Positions 28,300 through 38,237 of a stretch of 46,102 nt of DNA are shown one piece after another (position 1 is the stretch's first letter; every line of letters starts with the position of its first letter). The stretch lies in the NCBI GenBank assembly GCA_046570105.1, contig JBKHVI010000017.1:1-46102 (forward strand), given 5' to 3'. The stretch comes from Bacteriovoracia bacterium. GTDB lineage: Bacteria > Bdellovibrionota > Bacteriovoracia > Bacteriovoracales > Bacteriovoracaceae. Below the pieces are notes generated by a model, which ran no database searches, was not told the origin of the DNA, and saw only the letters and a list, made by a program, of their open reading frames with translations. The position numbers were made by a program, and so were the translations under genes.

Positions 28300-29409
28300 A
28301 TGAAATTTTTGTCTGTTTTCTTGCTTTTCAGCACCCTGAGCTACGCTGCTCCTACTCAGCAAATGAATGAGGCCTTTGAGGCGCTTGTTAGACTGTTGCC
28401 ATTTTTGGTTAACGAAAATGACTTCGCTGATGCTAAAAAGCAAGCTGAAGTAAGCGCATCACTACGCAAACTTCAAGGTGCCTTTACCAAAGTACGCCAT
28501 CAAGACTTACTCAAAGAAGATATTTTTTCCCCTTCTTATGAACTCGTTAGTGAAAGTCTATCAGAGGCTTCAAAGGCATTTGATAATGGTCAAAAAGATT
28601 ATGCTTACTGGCGTCTTAAAGAAGTCACCACTTTCTGTATCGACTGTCACACTAGAATTCCTAAAGAAGTCACTTCTAGCTATCAAAACAGCGGTCTTTT
28701 TCTAAAGAAAGAACTCTTTAAAGACACTTACAATCGTGCCCTAGCAGCACTTATTGTCCGTCGCTACACTGATGCAACTGCGGCATTTCGCCAGACTATC
28801 CAAGAAGGGATAATAAAAAAGGATCACTCACGCACTCCTCTCGCCCTTAAGAACTTAGTGATCATCGATGCAAAGATTTTGCGCAACCTCAGCAATCTCA
28901 AAGCGGAACTCACCTCTTATTCGAAAAAAGAACTTCCAACAGTCATAAAAACCCAAATCCAAAACTGGTTAACTGAAATCAACAGTATCCAGCAAAGCAA
29001 ATGGTTTAAAGAAGACTACCAAGAGAATGAGGTTGAACTCATTTTTAAAGAACTCAAAGAATTACGCCTTGGTCAAACGTCTATCGAAAAAAATGATATT
29101 AAAATCTTAGTCAGTTCTGGTCAGCTGGCACAGTATTCTTTTCTCTATCCTAAAACTAAGTTCGCTGCAGAAATTAATTTTTGGCTTGGGTGGAGCGAAA
29201 AACAACTCAAAAGAGAGAACTTCTTTAGCACTGGCAATAATTTCTTCAAACAATGCATCCGAAAATATCCTAAGCATCCTATCGCCAAAGAATGTCTCTC
29301 GGAACTTAAAGAAAGTATCGAGTTTGATTTTACGGGTTCGTCGGGAACGAATATCCCCAAAGAAATTAAAAATGAGCTTCTAAAATTGGAAAATCAAATT
29401 TATCAATAA
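28300..29409 (+). CDS. Exported c-type heme protein (single CXXCH) with a helical-repeat C-terminus
   Basis: SD GAGG; signal peptide MKFLSVFLLFSTLSYA; CIDCH; TPR-like segments (AEINFWLG, CIRKYPKHPIAKEC). Confidence 0.75.
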   Translation: MKFLSVFLLFSTLSYAAPTQQMNEAFEALVRLLPFLVNENDFADAKKQAEVSASLRKLQGAFTKVRHQDLLKEDIFSPSYELVSESLSEASKAFDNGQKDYAYWRLKEVTTFCIDCHTRIPKEVTSSYQNSGLFLKKELFKDTYNRALAALIVRRYTDATAAFRQTIQEGIIKKDHSRTPLALKNLVIIDAKILRNLSNLKAELTSYSKKELPTVIKTQIQNWLTEINSIQQSKWFKEDYQENEVELIFKELKELRLGQTSIEKNDIKILVSSGQLAQYSFLYPKTKFAAEINFWLGWSEKQLKRENFFSTGNNFFKQCIRKYPKHPIAKECLSELKESIEFDFTGSSGTNIPKEIKNELLKLENQIYQ

Positions 29410-29607
29410 CCACTAGCAGAATAGCCAAACATTTTGACACCTATTATAGTGACAAGTTTCATTAAATTCACGCCTCCATCACCTTGTCCGTCGATCTCAA
29501 CAGGGCCTTTTATTTAATTCCGACAAAGACGATCCACTTCATATCAATCTGATTGAGTATGGCCCTTAATTAGGTATTGTTATTAGAGAGATAAAGAGGA
29601 TACCTAA

Positions 29608-30489
29608 ATGAATCTTAAAGTGATCTTTGCCTTTCTTGCTGTCTACCTCATTTGGGGCTCAACCTTCACTGCAATCGTGTATGGACTCGAGAGTTTTCCA
29701 CCCTTCCTATTAGCAGCTTCACGCTTTTTATTAGCAGGACTGATCTTTGTGCTAATGACCAAAGGCCGAGGCTTTGGTGGTATGAGCAGGTCACTATTTT
29801 TAAAAGAAGCGGGAGTGGGTGTACTCATCACTACCGCAAACGCCTTAGTCTGTTGGGTTGAACAGTATATCTCCTCAGGGGTGACGGCGCTTATTGTTGG
29901 AGCAATGCCAATTTGGTTTATTCTTTTTAACTGGCTTGGTTTTGAAAAAAAAGTTCCTCACATCAGCGCCATCTTAGCGTTAATGGTGGGCTTCGTTGGA
30001 ATAGCCGCTATCTCCGTCGACAAACTCCATTCACCTGACTGGCGCATGGTTCTTGTGCTTATCACTTCAAATTGCCTATGGGTGATTGGCTCCCTACTTA
30101 TCCGCAGCAATCCCTCTCCTCTCAATTATAACAATAGAGCGGCCATCCAAATGTTAAGTGGTGGCGTTTTTCTATTCCTCGTTTCTTTATTGATCGGTGA
30201 AAAGATTTTGCATGTTTCCATGCAAGGATATTTAAGCGTTGCTTACCTGGCGATCGCAGGAACCATCATTGCCTATAGTTCTTACAGTTACCTCTTGAGA
30301 ACTGTAAGCCCCGAGATGACATCTACTTATGCATTAGTAAATCCTTTGCTCGCTATGCTCTTGGGAGTGATTTGGCTTAATGAACCGTTTACTTCCCGAC
30401 TTGCTATTGCCAGCGCACTAATTATTTTTAGTGTGATGATGGTGCTTTATGGAAGAGTGCTATTTAAGAAATTAACGATGAGGAACTGA
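29608..30489 (+). CDS. EamA/DMT family transporter (YedA-like)
   Basis: VYLIWGST, PPFLLAASRFLLAG and STYALVNP; about ten TM helices. Confidence 0.92.
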   Translation: MNLKVIFAFLAVYLIWGSTFTAIVYGLESFPPFLLAASRFLLAGLIFVLMTKGRGFGGMSRSLFLKEAGVGVLITTANALVCWVEQYISSGVTALIVGAMPIWFILFNWLGFEKKVPHISAILALMVGFVGIAAISVDKLHSPDWRMVLVLITSNCLWVIGSLLIRSNPSPLNYNNRAAIQMLSGGVFLFLVSLLIGEKILHVSMQGYLSVAYLAIAGTIIAYSSYSYLLRTVSPEMTSTYALVNPLLAMLLGVIWLNEPFTSRLAIASALIIFSVMMVLYGRVLFKKLTMRN

Positions 30490-30972
30490 AACAAGGTCTT
30501 TAACTGAGTAGCCCGTTGCTTCGACTTGCTGAATGATCTTTTTAACTTCTGTTGATGAAATTTTCGGATCTCGGGCCATAATCCACAGATAAGCTTGATC
30601 AGGCACCCCAATCGCCGTCCACTGATAATTGGGATCAAGAGCAATGACTAAGTAATTAAACTTCAAAGGCCAGAAAGGCTGAACCTTCCAATGAGCGTTG
30701 GTCTTGGTGTTATAAATCCAGGCTTTTTGTGGAATTGATTTTAGTTTTCCATCTAAGCTATCAGCATTAAATGTGAAGTCTATATCGATACGTTCTTTGT
30801 CTTCATTCCAAGTATATTTCTCAAGTGCATTGTGCGCACCTTTTTCAAGAAAACTAGTGCGGCCAGTGATGACATACCAATCACCCATAAAGCGCTTAGT
30901 ATCTACGTAATCAACTGTCTTGTTATAGGACATGGAGCTACACCCCAGAAGAAATAAAAGGAATATTTTCAT
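30472..30972 (-). CDS. blc: Bacterial lipocalin (lipoprotein)
   Basis: Lipobox LLGC; RFMGDWY, VQPFWP, LDPNY and YLWIMAR. Confidence 0.9.
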   Translation of the reverse strand: MKIFLLFLLGCSSMSYNKTVDYVDTKRFMGDWYVITGRTSFLEKGAHNALEKYTWNEDKERIDIDFTFNADSLDGKLKSIPQKAWIYNTKTNAHWKVQPFWPLKFNYLVIALDPNYQWTAIGVPDQAYLWIMARDPKISSTEVKKIIQQVEATGYSVKDLVSVPHR

Positions 30973-31094
30973 CGTTGTAGTGTAGCTCATTCATGCAAGC
31001 GATTGAGAGAATCAAACATTTGTCTTAATCTTGTCTAACTCAATTGCTCGCGATATTCTTAAGAGCAGACCTGCTTTTATACAAAGGCCCAGAG

Positions 31095-32459
31095 ATGGAA
31101 TTAAGTTTAAAAAATCGCTGGATTAATATTCTCGCAATTGCTTGGCCGCTCATCATTGCCAATAGTTTTTGGAATTTGCAGCTCACTATTGATCGAATAT
31201 TTTTAGGTATGCATGCCACTGAATCTCTCGGTGCTGCCATGGCGGTCATGGGTGTCTTCTGGGTTCCTATGGCGCTTTTGCAACAAACAGCGAGCTATGT
31301 GACGACTTTCGTCGCTCAATATTTTGGTGCCAATGAACAAAGTAAGATCGGTGCCTGTGTCTGGCAGGCCTTTTACGTTAGTATCATTGGTGGAATTCTA
31401 TTTATTGGTCTTAATTTTCTGACTCCATGGTTTTTCTCTTTGGTAGGCCATGCTCCCACCATACAAGTATTAGAGGTTGAATATTTCAACTCACTTGCCT
31501 ACTCCGCTCTTCCCACAGCTTTAGTCGCTGCCATCAGTGGTTTTTTTACGGGCCTAGGAAGAACACGTACTGTTATTGGAATTAACTTCGTCGGACTGGT
31601 TTTGAATGTGATTTTGGATTACCTGTTCATATTTGGTAATTATGGTTTCCCACAGATGGGAATAGCCGGTGCAGGCTACGCCACCTCCATTGCCACTTTA
31701 GGGGCTGCCCTCTACGGCATCTACTTACTCTTTGATAAAAAACATGAAGAACAGTTCAATCTTAAAAGCCAATGGCATTTCGACACAACGCTCATTAAGC
31801 AGTTTCTTAAATTTGGATTACCAAGCGGTATGCAATGGGCCCTTGAGGGGCTCGCCTTCACTGTCTTTCTTATTGTTATGGGACGTCTACCCAATGGCGA
31901 AGCGGCCCTCGCAAGTTCGAGCATTGCGGTCACAGTGATGATGCTATCTGTTCTCCCTACTATGGGAGTCGCTCAATCAGTACTCACTCTAGTCGGACAA
32001 AAACTTGGTGAGAAAAAACCAGAAGAAGCCGCTGCTATCACTTGGGATGGTGTTCAAATCTCTCTCGTCTATATGTTCATCATTGCTATGAGTTTCTGGT
32101 TTGTGCCTGAGTTTTATCTTTCTTGGTTTAAGAATGAGGAAAATGCGGCATTGTGGAGTCAGGTGCAAATCCTTGCTCCAAAGCTCTTAGCGATTGTCGC
32201 CCTCTTTACTGTTTTTGATAGCGCTTATCTTAATATCTCATTCGCCCTTAAAGGTGCAGGTGATACCAAGTTTGTTTCAGTGATTGCACTTCTGGTTCCG
32301 TGGCCTCTTATGGTATTGCCTGCCTTCCTACTTAAGGAGCATGAGAATGCGGTGGTGCTTTCCTGGGCCTTTGTAGTGCTTTATTCAATTACTATCACGG
32401 CCATCCTCGCTTGGCGTTTTCGCCAAGGTAAGTGGAAGTCGATGAGTGTGATTCATTAA
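31095..32459 (+). CDS. MATE family efflux transporter
   Basis: IAWPLII, DRIFLG, NVILDYLFIFG, GIAGAGYAT and LKGAGDT; about twelve TM helices. Confidence 0.92.
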   Translation: MELSLKNRWINILAIAWPLIIANSFWNLQLTIDRIFLGMHATESLGAAMAVMGVFWVPMALLQQTASYVTTFVAQYFGANEQSKIGACVWQAFYVSIIGGILFIGLNFLTPWFFSLVGHAPTIQVLEVEYFNSLAYSALPTALVAAISGFFTGLGRTRTVIGINFVGLVLNVILDYLFIFGNYGFPQMGIAGAGYATSIATLGAALYGIYLLFDKKHEEQFNLKSQWHFDTTLIKQFLKFGLPSGMQWALEGLAFTVFLIVMGRLPNGEAALASSSIAVTVMMLSVLPTMGVAQSVLTLVGQKLGEKKPEEAAAITWDGVQISLVYMFIIAMSFWFVPEFYLSWFKNEENAALWSQVQILAPKLLAIVALFTVFDSAYLNISFALKGAGDTKFVSVIALLVPWPLMVLPAFLLKEHENAVVLSWAFVVLYSITITAILAWRFRQGKWKSMSVIH

Positions 32460-32505
32460 TTAATTAATTTATTTAAAGTTTTAAGAATTGCGATATGATG
32501 ACGGC

Positions 32506-33741
32506 ATGTCTTTTCATGCAGTCGACTTCGGAACCTCAAATTCCCTTCTCAACTTTGTCTCCTCATCCGGAGAGATCACTCCCATAAAACTCGATCCACA
32601 AGGAGGAGTGGTTTTGCGCTCACTTCTCTACACTCCCCAAAAAGGAACTTGGTTTTTTGGTAGTGAAGCAATAACGGAATATATTAATCACGACGGTGAG
32701 GGCCGCTTCTTACGCTCGATTAAAAAATTTCTACCCGAACAAAGCTATTCGGGAACTGCCATTCACAATCAAAATATGAATATTTCTGAAATCGTTGCCA
32801 AGATTTTGGGAGAAATGCGCCAGCGGGCCAATAAACAAACGGGCGTTGTAGTAGATAAAGTTGTACTAGGTCGTCCTGCACTTTATTCACTTGAACCTGA
32901 ACTCGATCAATTGGCGCAGTCACGAATGCATAAAGCAGCCGAACTCGCTGGATATAAAGAAATTCATTTCTGTCCAGAGCCAGTGGCTGCAGGACTCGAT
33001 TACAACACCAATCCCAACGATGAACGAATTGTTTTAATCGCAGACTTTGGCGGTGGAACTTCTGACTTCACCTTAATGAAAAATAGTGAAATTTTGGGAT
33101 TAAGTGGTGTCTTTCTCGCCGGTGATGCTCTCGATGGTGTCATGATGAAAGATTTTATTTCCCCTCACTTTGGCTCGCAATTCGAATACCAACTTCCCGG
33201 CAGTGAGAATCTGCTGAAATTTCCCAAAGGCCTTTTGAAGAAAATCTGCTCTCCTGCCCACATCACTCACCTACGTGAACGCGACACTTGGGAATTCCTA
33301 CAACAGATTGCAAAATTTGCACTCTCTGCAGAAGATCAGCGCTACATCGAACAGCTCTTTACTTTAGTCGAAGCCCAATTGGGCTTTCCACTTTTTAACG
33401 AAATAGAGAAAACTAAAATCTCCTTGGGCAAAAATGCTGAATCTATTTTCCGTTATGAATATCCTGGCATCGCCATTGAACAAAAGGTTACTGATGCTGG
33501 ATTTCGACAATCTGTCGCCTCGACAGTTGATGAGGTCATGGACAGCATGCTGGAAGTGTTCAAACAAGCTCAACTCACGCCCACTCAAGTCCAGCAAGTC
33601 TGTCTTACTGGTGGGACTTCACAGTTCCCGCTGATTCGTGAACGCCTGGTCGACTATTTTGGTCAACAAAAGATGCAAAATCATAGTCTTTACGAATCTG
33701 TAGTTAATGGCCTCGCTCAATTTGCTAAAAAACTCGTCTAG
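32506..33741 (+). CDS. yegD: Hsp70-family chaperone, YegD-like
   Basis: DFGTSNS, GRFLRSIK, VLGRP, EPVAA, DFGGGTSDFT and LTGGTS. Confidence 0.88.
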   Translation: MSFHAVDFGTSNSLLNFVSSSGEITPIKLDPQGGVVLRSLLYTPQKGTWFFGSEAITEYINHDGEGRFLRSIKKFLPEQSYSGTAIHNQNMNISEIVAKILGEMRQRANKQTGVVVDKVVLGRPALYSLEPELDQLAQSRMHKAAELAGYKEIHFCPEPVAAGLDYNTNPNDERIVLIADFGGGTSDFTLMKNSEILGLSGVFLAGDALDGVMMKDFISPHFGSQFEYQLPGSENLLKFPKGLLKKICSPAHITHLRERDTWEFLQQIAKFALSAEDQRYIEQLFTLVEAQLGFPLFNEIEKTKISLGKNAESIFRYEYPGIAIEQKVTDAGFRQSVASTVDEVMDSMLEVFKQAQLTPTQVQQVCLTGGTSQFPLIRERLVDYFGQQKMQNHSLYESVVNGLAQFAKKLV

Positions 33742-33768
33742 ATCTCTCTACCTGCGGTAGAAAGAATC

Positions 33769-34839
33769 ATGCACGTACTATCCGCAATTATCATTATTCT
33801 CTCTAGTGTCAGCGCCTGGTCAGAAGAACTGTTTCTTAAAACGGCCGACAAAACTTACCTCGTTAACGAAACAGACCTACAGCTTATTTCTGAAGAGCAG
33901 CATCAAAGAAATCGTGGCTGCGGTGGTTTTATTGTCACTGATTCGCCTCTTCCAAAAAGTACTCCTGTCATTAATGAGCTCGCCTACTCCATCAATCGCC
34001 CGCAATTAGTGAACGAAGCAATGGGACATGTGACCGAAGAAAAGTTACTGAGCTTTATTGAAGATTTTAGCGCTTATCATACTCGTTACTACACTTCTCC
34101 CTCAGGCGTTAAGGCCCTTGAAGATTTGGCGACACGCTGGAAAAACATGACCCAGCATCGCCAAGATATTACTGTCACTGCGCTCTACCATAATAAATGG
34201 CCTCAACCTTCCGTCATCCTAACCATCAAAGGTCAGACATCTGCTAATATTGTGCTAGGCGGGCACGCTGACTCTATTAATACCGATGACGAAGGCAATC
34301 ACTCTCATGCTCCGGGTGCTGACGACAATGCCTCAGGAATTTCTACTCTGACTGAGATCATTCGTGTCTTAACTCAAATGAACTATGCCCCTCGCAATAC
34401 CATTCACTTTATGGCCTATGCCGCTGAAGAAGTGGGCCTGCGTGGCTCAATGGAGATTGCTGATAAGTACGCTTCGCAAAATAAAAAAGTCTTGGGCGTG
34501 ATGCAATTTGACGGCACTAATTACAACGGCAGTCAGATTAAAATTGCGTTGATAAAAGACAATACAGATAAAAAACAGAACGCCTTTCTTGGCAGCTTGA
34601 TTGATACTTATCTGCAAGTTCCATGGAGCTATGATCAATGCCATTATGCTTGCTCTGATCATTACTCATGGACATACAAAGGTTTTGTGGCGTCATTTGC
34701 TGGCGAATCTAAAGTGAAAGAAGAAAATCCATTTATTCATACCGCGCTTGATACACTCGCCGCTTCTAACCATACTGCCAGTCATGCGGCCCTCTTCACC
34801 AAACTAGGCCTGGCCTATGTGATTGAGTTGGATAAATAA
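33769..34839 (+). CDS. Exported leucyl aminopeptidase (M28 family)
   Basis: Signal peptide; RGCGGF, GGHADSIN, APGADDNASG, AAEEVGLRGS and CSDH. Confidence 0.92.
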   Translation: MHVLSAIIIILSSVSAWSEELFLKTADKTYLVNETDLQLISEEQHQRNRGCGGFIVTDSPLPKSTPVINELAYSINRPQLVNEAMGHVTEEKLLSFIEDFSAYHTRYYTSPSGVKALEDLATRWKNMTQHRQDITVTALYHNKWPQPSVILTIKGQTSANIVLGGHADSINTDDEGNHSHAPGADDNASGISTLTEIIRVLTQMNYAPRNTIHFMAYAAEEVGLRGSMEIADKYASQNKKVLGVMQFDGTNYNGSQIKIALIKDNTDKKQNAFLGSLIDTYLQVPWSYDQCHYACSDHYSWTYKGFVASFAGESKVKEENPFIHTALDTLAASNHTASHAALFTKLGLAYVIELDK

Positions 34840-35364
34840 ATAGCGCGCTTCCTCAAGGAAAGCTAACTTGCAACTGTCATTCAAAATAAGCAGAGAATCC
34901 ATAGGACATAATTCCTCATGCTCTGTTTTAATCTTTCCCTGCAAGCAAAAAACTGCCGTCATATCCATCGTCTGAATTAGTTTTGATTGAGTGTCTGAAT
35001 TTATTAATTCAATTGATCCCACAAACTTATCACGACGATAAATCAAATTAAAATCACTTCCCTTATCATGAATTGTGGCAGAAGTTTGCCAGTCACCAGA
35101 GAACTGGTAAGGCGTAAATAGTGGCAACGACTGCTCTAAGGGCCGGCCCTGATGGTTGATTCCAATTTCAGAACCTGTTAGCAACACCAGGATTCGCTCC
35201 ATCCCCGGAAACAAAGAAAAGGGTCCTGACTCTACGATGTCGGCCATACTCAACCGCCAATCATAGTCCTCACCCTCATGAGAAACAGCTATCTCATGAG
35301 TTGAGCCACGACCATTTTTCCAAAGTTTTTTTTGGTAATCTTTTTGTTTGATGAGCTTAATCAT
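34804..35364 (-). CDS. HutD/Ves family protein
   Basis: WKNGRGSTHEI, WRLSMA, GPFSLFPGMER and DFNLI. Confidence 0.9.
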   Translation of the reverse strand: MIKLIKQKDYQKKLWKNGRGSTHEIAVSHEGEDYDWRLSMADIVESGPFSLFPGMERILVLLTGSEIGINHQGRPLEQSLPLFTPYQFSGDWQTSATIHDKGSDFNLIYRRDKFVGSIELINSDTQSKLIQTMDMTAVFCLQGKIKTEHEELCPMDSLLILNDSCKLAFLEEARYLFIQLNHIGQA

Positions 35365-35701
35365 CACGAGTCCGAACTTCTAGAAGTTCAATCTCAAATT
35401 GCAAATCTGAATGAGGTGGAATGATATTTCCAATTTGTCTTTCACCATAAGCTAAATGTGAGGGCACCCACAACTTGCGCTTTCCACCGACTTTCATACC
35501 CATCACACCCTGATCCCAACCCTTGATAACTCGTCCTGTTCCCAAAACAAATTGAAATGGGCGACCTTTATCAATAGATGAATCAAACTTAGATCCATCA
35601 GTAAGTAATCCCGTATAGTGGACGAGGCAAAGAGCGCCTTTAACGGCGACTTTGCCTTCCCCTTGAATGATGTCGGTAATAATGAGTTCTGTATGATTCA
35701 T
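35357..35701 (-). CDS. FKBP-type peptidyl-prolyl isomerase
   Basis: VHYTG, KFDSS, VIKGWDQG, LAYG and IPPHSDLQFEIEL. Confidence 0.95.
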   Translation of the reverse strand: MNHTELIITDIIQGEGKVAVKGALCLVHYTGLLTDGSKFDSSIDKGRPFQFVLGTGRVIKGWDQGVMGMKVGGKRKLWVPSHLAYGERQIGNIIPPHSDLQFEIELLEVRTRDD

Positions 35702-35703
35702 AG

Positions 35704-36117
35704 TTAATTACCTGTAAACATGGCAATCACTTCAGCTTCAGTCATCTCGATTGTCTTGTCTGCAAAGCTATAATTAGCTGGTTTAGAATCAGTATAAATT
35801 TGCACATGGAATTTTAGATCTTCATTCTTTTCAAGTAGACCAAGCGGAACATTACAAAAGTTCCCTTTCTTCATACGATAAAACAAATGGGTGCCACATT
35901 GTTTACAGAAACCCCGTTGCGCCCATTCTGAAGAATCATAAACCGAGATAAAATCCTCACCCTCAAACTTGGCCTTGCCTCCTGTCTCCACAGTCAACCC
36001 AGGCCCTCCACTCCATTTACGGCACATGCCACAGTGACAGGCATCAAAGACTTCTTTCTCAAGTGGAAAGCTGACTTTGACTGAGCCACAGAGACATTTT
36101 CCGGATGCCATTTTCAT
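35704..36117 (-). CDS. GFA/CENP-V family protein
   Basis: GKCLCG, CHCGMCRK and RGFCKQCGT. Confidence 0.93.
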   Translation of the reverse strand: MKMASGKCLCGSVKVSFPLEKEVFDACHCGMCRKWSGGPGLTVETGGKAKFEGEDFISVYDSSEWAQRGFCKQCGTHLFYRMKKGNFCNVPLGLLEKNEDLKFHVQIYTDSKPANYSFADKTIEMTEAEVIAMFTGN

Positions 36118-36246
36118 ATAAACCTTTTGTTAAGCGAATATATTAATTCTGACTCATGCGCGTCGCGTTCTTGTACCCTAAAACAATTTTCTGAGTTTGC
36201 AGATCAGCTACTCCTATGATGCAATTTAAGAAACCAAGGATGCCCT

Positions 36247-36801
36247 ATGAATAAGTGGATTTTAGTCGCTCTTCTCTTTGTCTTCTCATTCGCAGGAACA
36301 CCGCCAGCGACTCATTACGACTATTTCCCAGAAACTGAACCAACTCCCTATACGGCAGAGATTCTCGACTTCTATTTGCGTTCAAAACCTTATGGCGAAT
36401 TTTCTAACTTCGCGCTCTTTCCTTTGTTCATCGACGGCAAGTGGTGGCCTACCAGCGAGCACTACTTTCAAGCGATGAAATATGAGAAAGAAGAATTGAT
36501 TGAATGGGTACGTACTGCTGAAACGCCGATGGAAGCTGCTAATCGTGGTCGCGATCCGCAAATTCCGAAGCGCCCCGATTGGTTTCACATCCGTGAACAA
36601 GTTATGTTCAAGGCCCTTTGGGATAAATACACCCGTTACGAATCACTTAAAACTCTACTTCTTTCAACGGGAGAAGCCCGTATATTTGAGCACACCAAGA
36701 ATGATTGCTATTGGGGTGATTGCGGCGATCGCAGCGGCAAAAATAAGTTAGGTATTATGTTGGAAGATATTCGCGCGCGTCTGAATAGCACCTCGAACTA
36801 A
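36247..36801 (+). CDS. NADAR (YbiA-like) family protein with an N-terminal signal peptide
   Basis: YGEFSNF, WPTSEHYFQAMK, LLSTG, NDCYWG and GKNKLG; starts MNKWILVALLFVFSFA. Confidence 0.9.
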   Translation: MNKWILVALLFVFSFAGTPPATHYDYFPETEPTPYTAEILDFYLRSKPYGEFSNFALFPLFIDGKWWPTSEHYFQAMKYEKEELIEWVRTAETPMEAANRGRDPQIPKRPDWFHIREQVMFKALWDKYTRYESLKTLLLSTGEARIFEHTKNDCYWGDCGDRSGKNKLGIMLEDIRARLNSTSN

Positions 36802-36882
36802 CGGGTAAAACCTTCAGGGCCTCTAGGCACTTAAAGTTAACTTTCATAGAAGGGTTAAAACTTTTAACCCTAAGAGGTCTCT

Positions 36883-37293
36883 ATGAAATTTTTAATTATT
36901 GCCCTGGCCCTCATGACGACAATGACTGCTGAAGCTCGCTCAATCCTAACTTTTAAACCAGTTTATAAGTGTGTCTTGGCCGATGCTCCTAAATCAGATG
37001 AATTAGTCATCACTGTTAACGAAGCTCAAAATGGTCAATCACAACTCGTTGTGAAATTTGCTCAAGATGCAAAACCAAGCTTCATCACCACTAAAAAAAT
37101 GATTCCACCTCCGATGATGGCCGGCGGTTCAATCCGTTACGTCGGTAAGTTCACCAGCTTGAACAACAAAGCAACCACTCTTGCGATTACTAGCCGCCCA
37201 CTTCGCGTGGAAGGTGTTGTAGGTCGCTCATCATCATTCACTGTAGATCAGCTATTCGATCGTCTTGCGATGATTTGTACTTTCGTTAAATAG
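36883..37293 (+). CDS. Exported hypothetical protein
   Basis: SD AAGAGG; signal peptide MKFLIIALALMTTMTAEA. Confidence 0.8.
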   Translation: MKFLIIALALMTTMTAEARSILTFKPVYKCVLADAPKSDELVITVNEAQNGQSQLVVKFAQDAKPSFITTKKMIPPPMMAGGSIRYVGKFTSLNNKATTLAITSRPLRVEGVVGRSSSFTVDQLFDRLAMICTFVK

Positions 37294-37300
37294 ATTTTGA

Positions 37301-37333
37301 AATAAAGGATCCTCCAAGCGGGGATCCTTTATT
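37301..37333. terminator. Bidirectional intrinsic terminator
   Basis: AATAAAGGATCCT-ccaagcg-GGGATCCTTTATT between convergent genes. Confidence 0.8.
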
Positions 37334-38228
37334 ATTGGCAGCTCGTGCCTTCAAACTGAATCGTCGAATAAACGACATGTTTCTTTTTTAGATAGGCCTG
37401 AATTTCAAGTCTCAAATTATCGACATCCTTCATGCGTAAATCTGCATCGACTTTTATATGCAAAGTAAGGTTAAAGCTCGATTCATCTACCGACCAGCCT
37501 TGCAAGAAGTGTACGTCGACCACATGTTCAATTTTTACCAGGTCTTTAATCAACTCTTCGCGATTGAGTGTATCGGGAAATGCCTGCAAAAAAATCTTAG
37601 TTACATTTCGCAAATTTCTCATCACGCCGCTGATAATCATAAAAGCGATGAGTACTGAGAGAACTGAATCGAGGAAGTACCAAGGTTTAAACAGCAACAC
37701 GACACTGACGACCAATACAGCACACCAGCCTAGAATATCTTCCAACAGGTGCAACTTTATCATCTGAGAATTCATTCCAGAATTCTTCGACATACGATAA
37801 GCGGCAAACCCGTTGACCGCGATGCCAAGTATCGCCAGTCCAAAGACTCCCGGTGCATGAATAGGCTCGGGACTTTGAAAGCGCTCAATCGCTTCGCTAA
37901 TGATAAAGACTGAGCCAACGAGCAGTATTAAGCCATTTATTAAGGCGGCCAAGACGGAGAAACGACGATACCCAAAAGTATATTTTTGATCCGCTTTTTT
38001 TAAACTTAGCTTCTCGGCGAAATAGGCAAACAAAAGCGCTAAGCTGTCACCTAGATCATGAAGAGCGTCGGAATAGATCGCCACGCTATTGGTAAGATAA
38101 CCACCCACAAATTCGATGACAGCAAAACTGGCGTTGAGGGCAAACGCCAATAAAATATTTTTTTGATTGGAGTGACTATGCCCATGATGATGATCGCCGT
38201 GAGCGTGTCCGTGGTGGTGATTATGCAT
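37332..38228 (-). CDS. czcD: Cation diffusion facilitator (CzcD/ZitB-like Zn transporter)
   Basis: His-rich N-terminus; SDALHDLGD, YTFGYRR and LHLLED. Confidence 0.9.
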   Translation of the reverse strand: MHNHHHGHAHGDHHHGHSHSNQKNILLAFALNASFAVIEFVGGYLTNSVAIYSDALHDLGDSLALLFAYFAEKLSLKKADQKYTFGYRRFSVLAALINGLILLVGSVFIISEAIERFQSPEPIHAPGVFGLAILGIAVNGFAAYRMSKNSGMNSQMIKLHLLEDILGWCAVLVVSVVLLFKPWYFLDSVLSVLIAFMIISGVMRNLRNVTKIFLQAFPDTLNREELIKDLVKIEHVVDVHFLQGWSVDESSFNLTLHIKVDADLRMKDVDNLRLEIQAYLKKKHVVYSTIQFEGTSCQ

Positions 38229-38237
38229 AATGAAATG

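Noticed and set aside
29403..29545. Tiny minus-strand ORFs (MKWIVFVGIK; MKLVTIIGVKMFGYSASGY after GGAGG)
   Set aside because: Too short to distinguish from chance without conservation or ribosome data.
36247..37293. DarT1-NADAR toxin-antitoxin pair
   Set aside because: The neighbours (GFA protein and a small exported protein) show no ADP-ribosyltransferase motifs.
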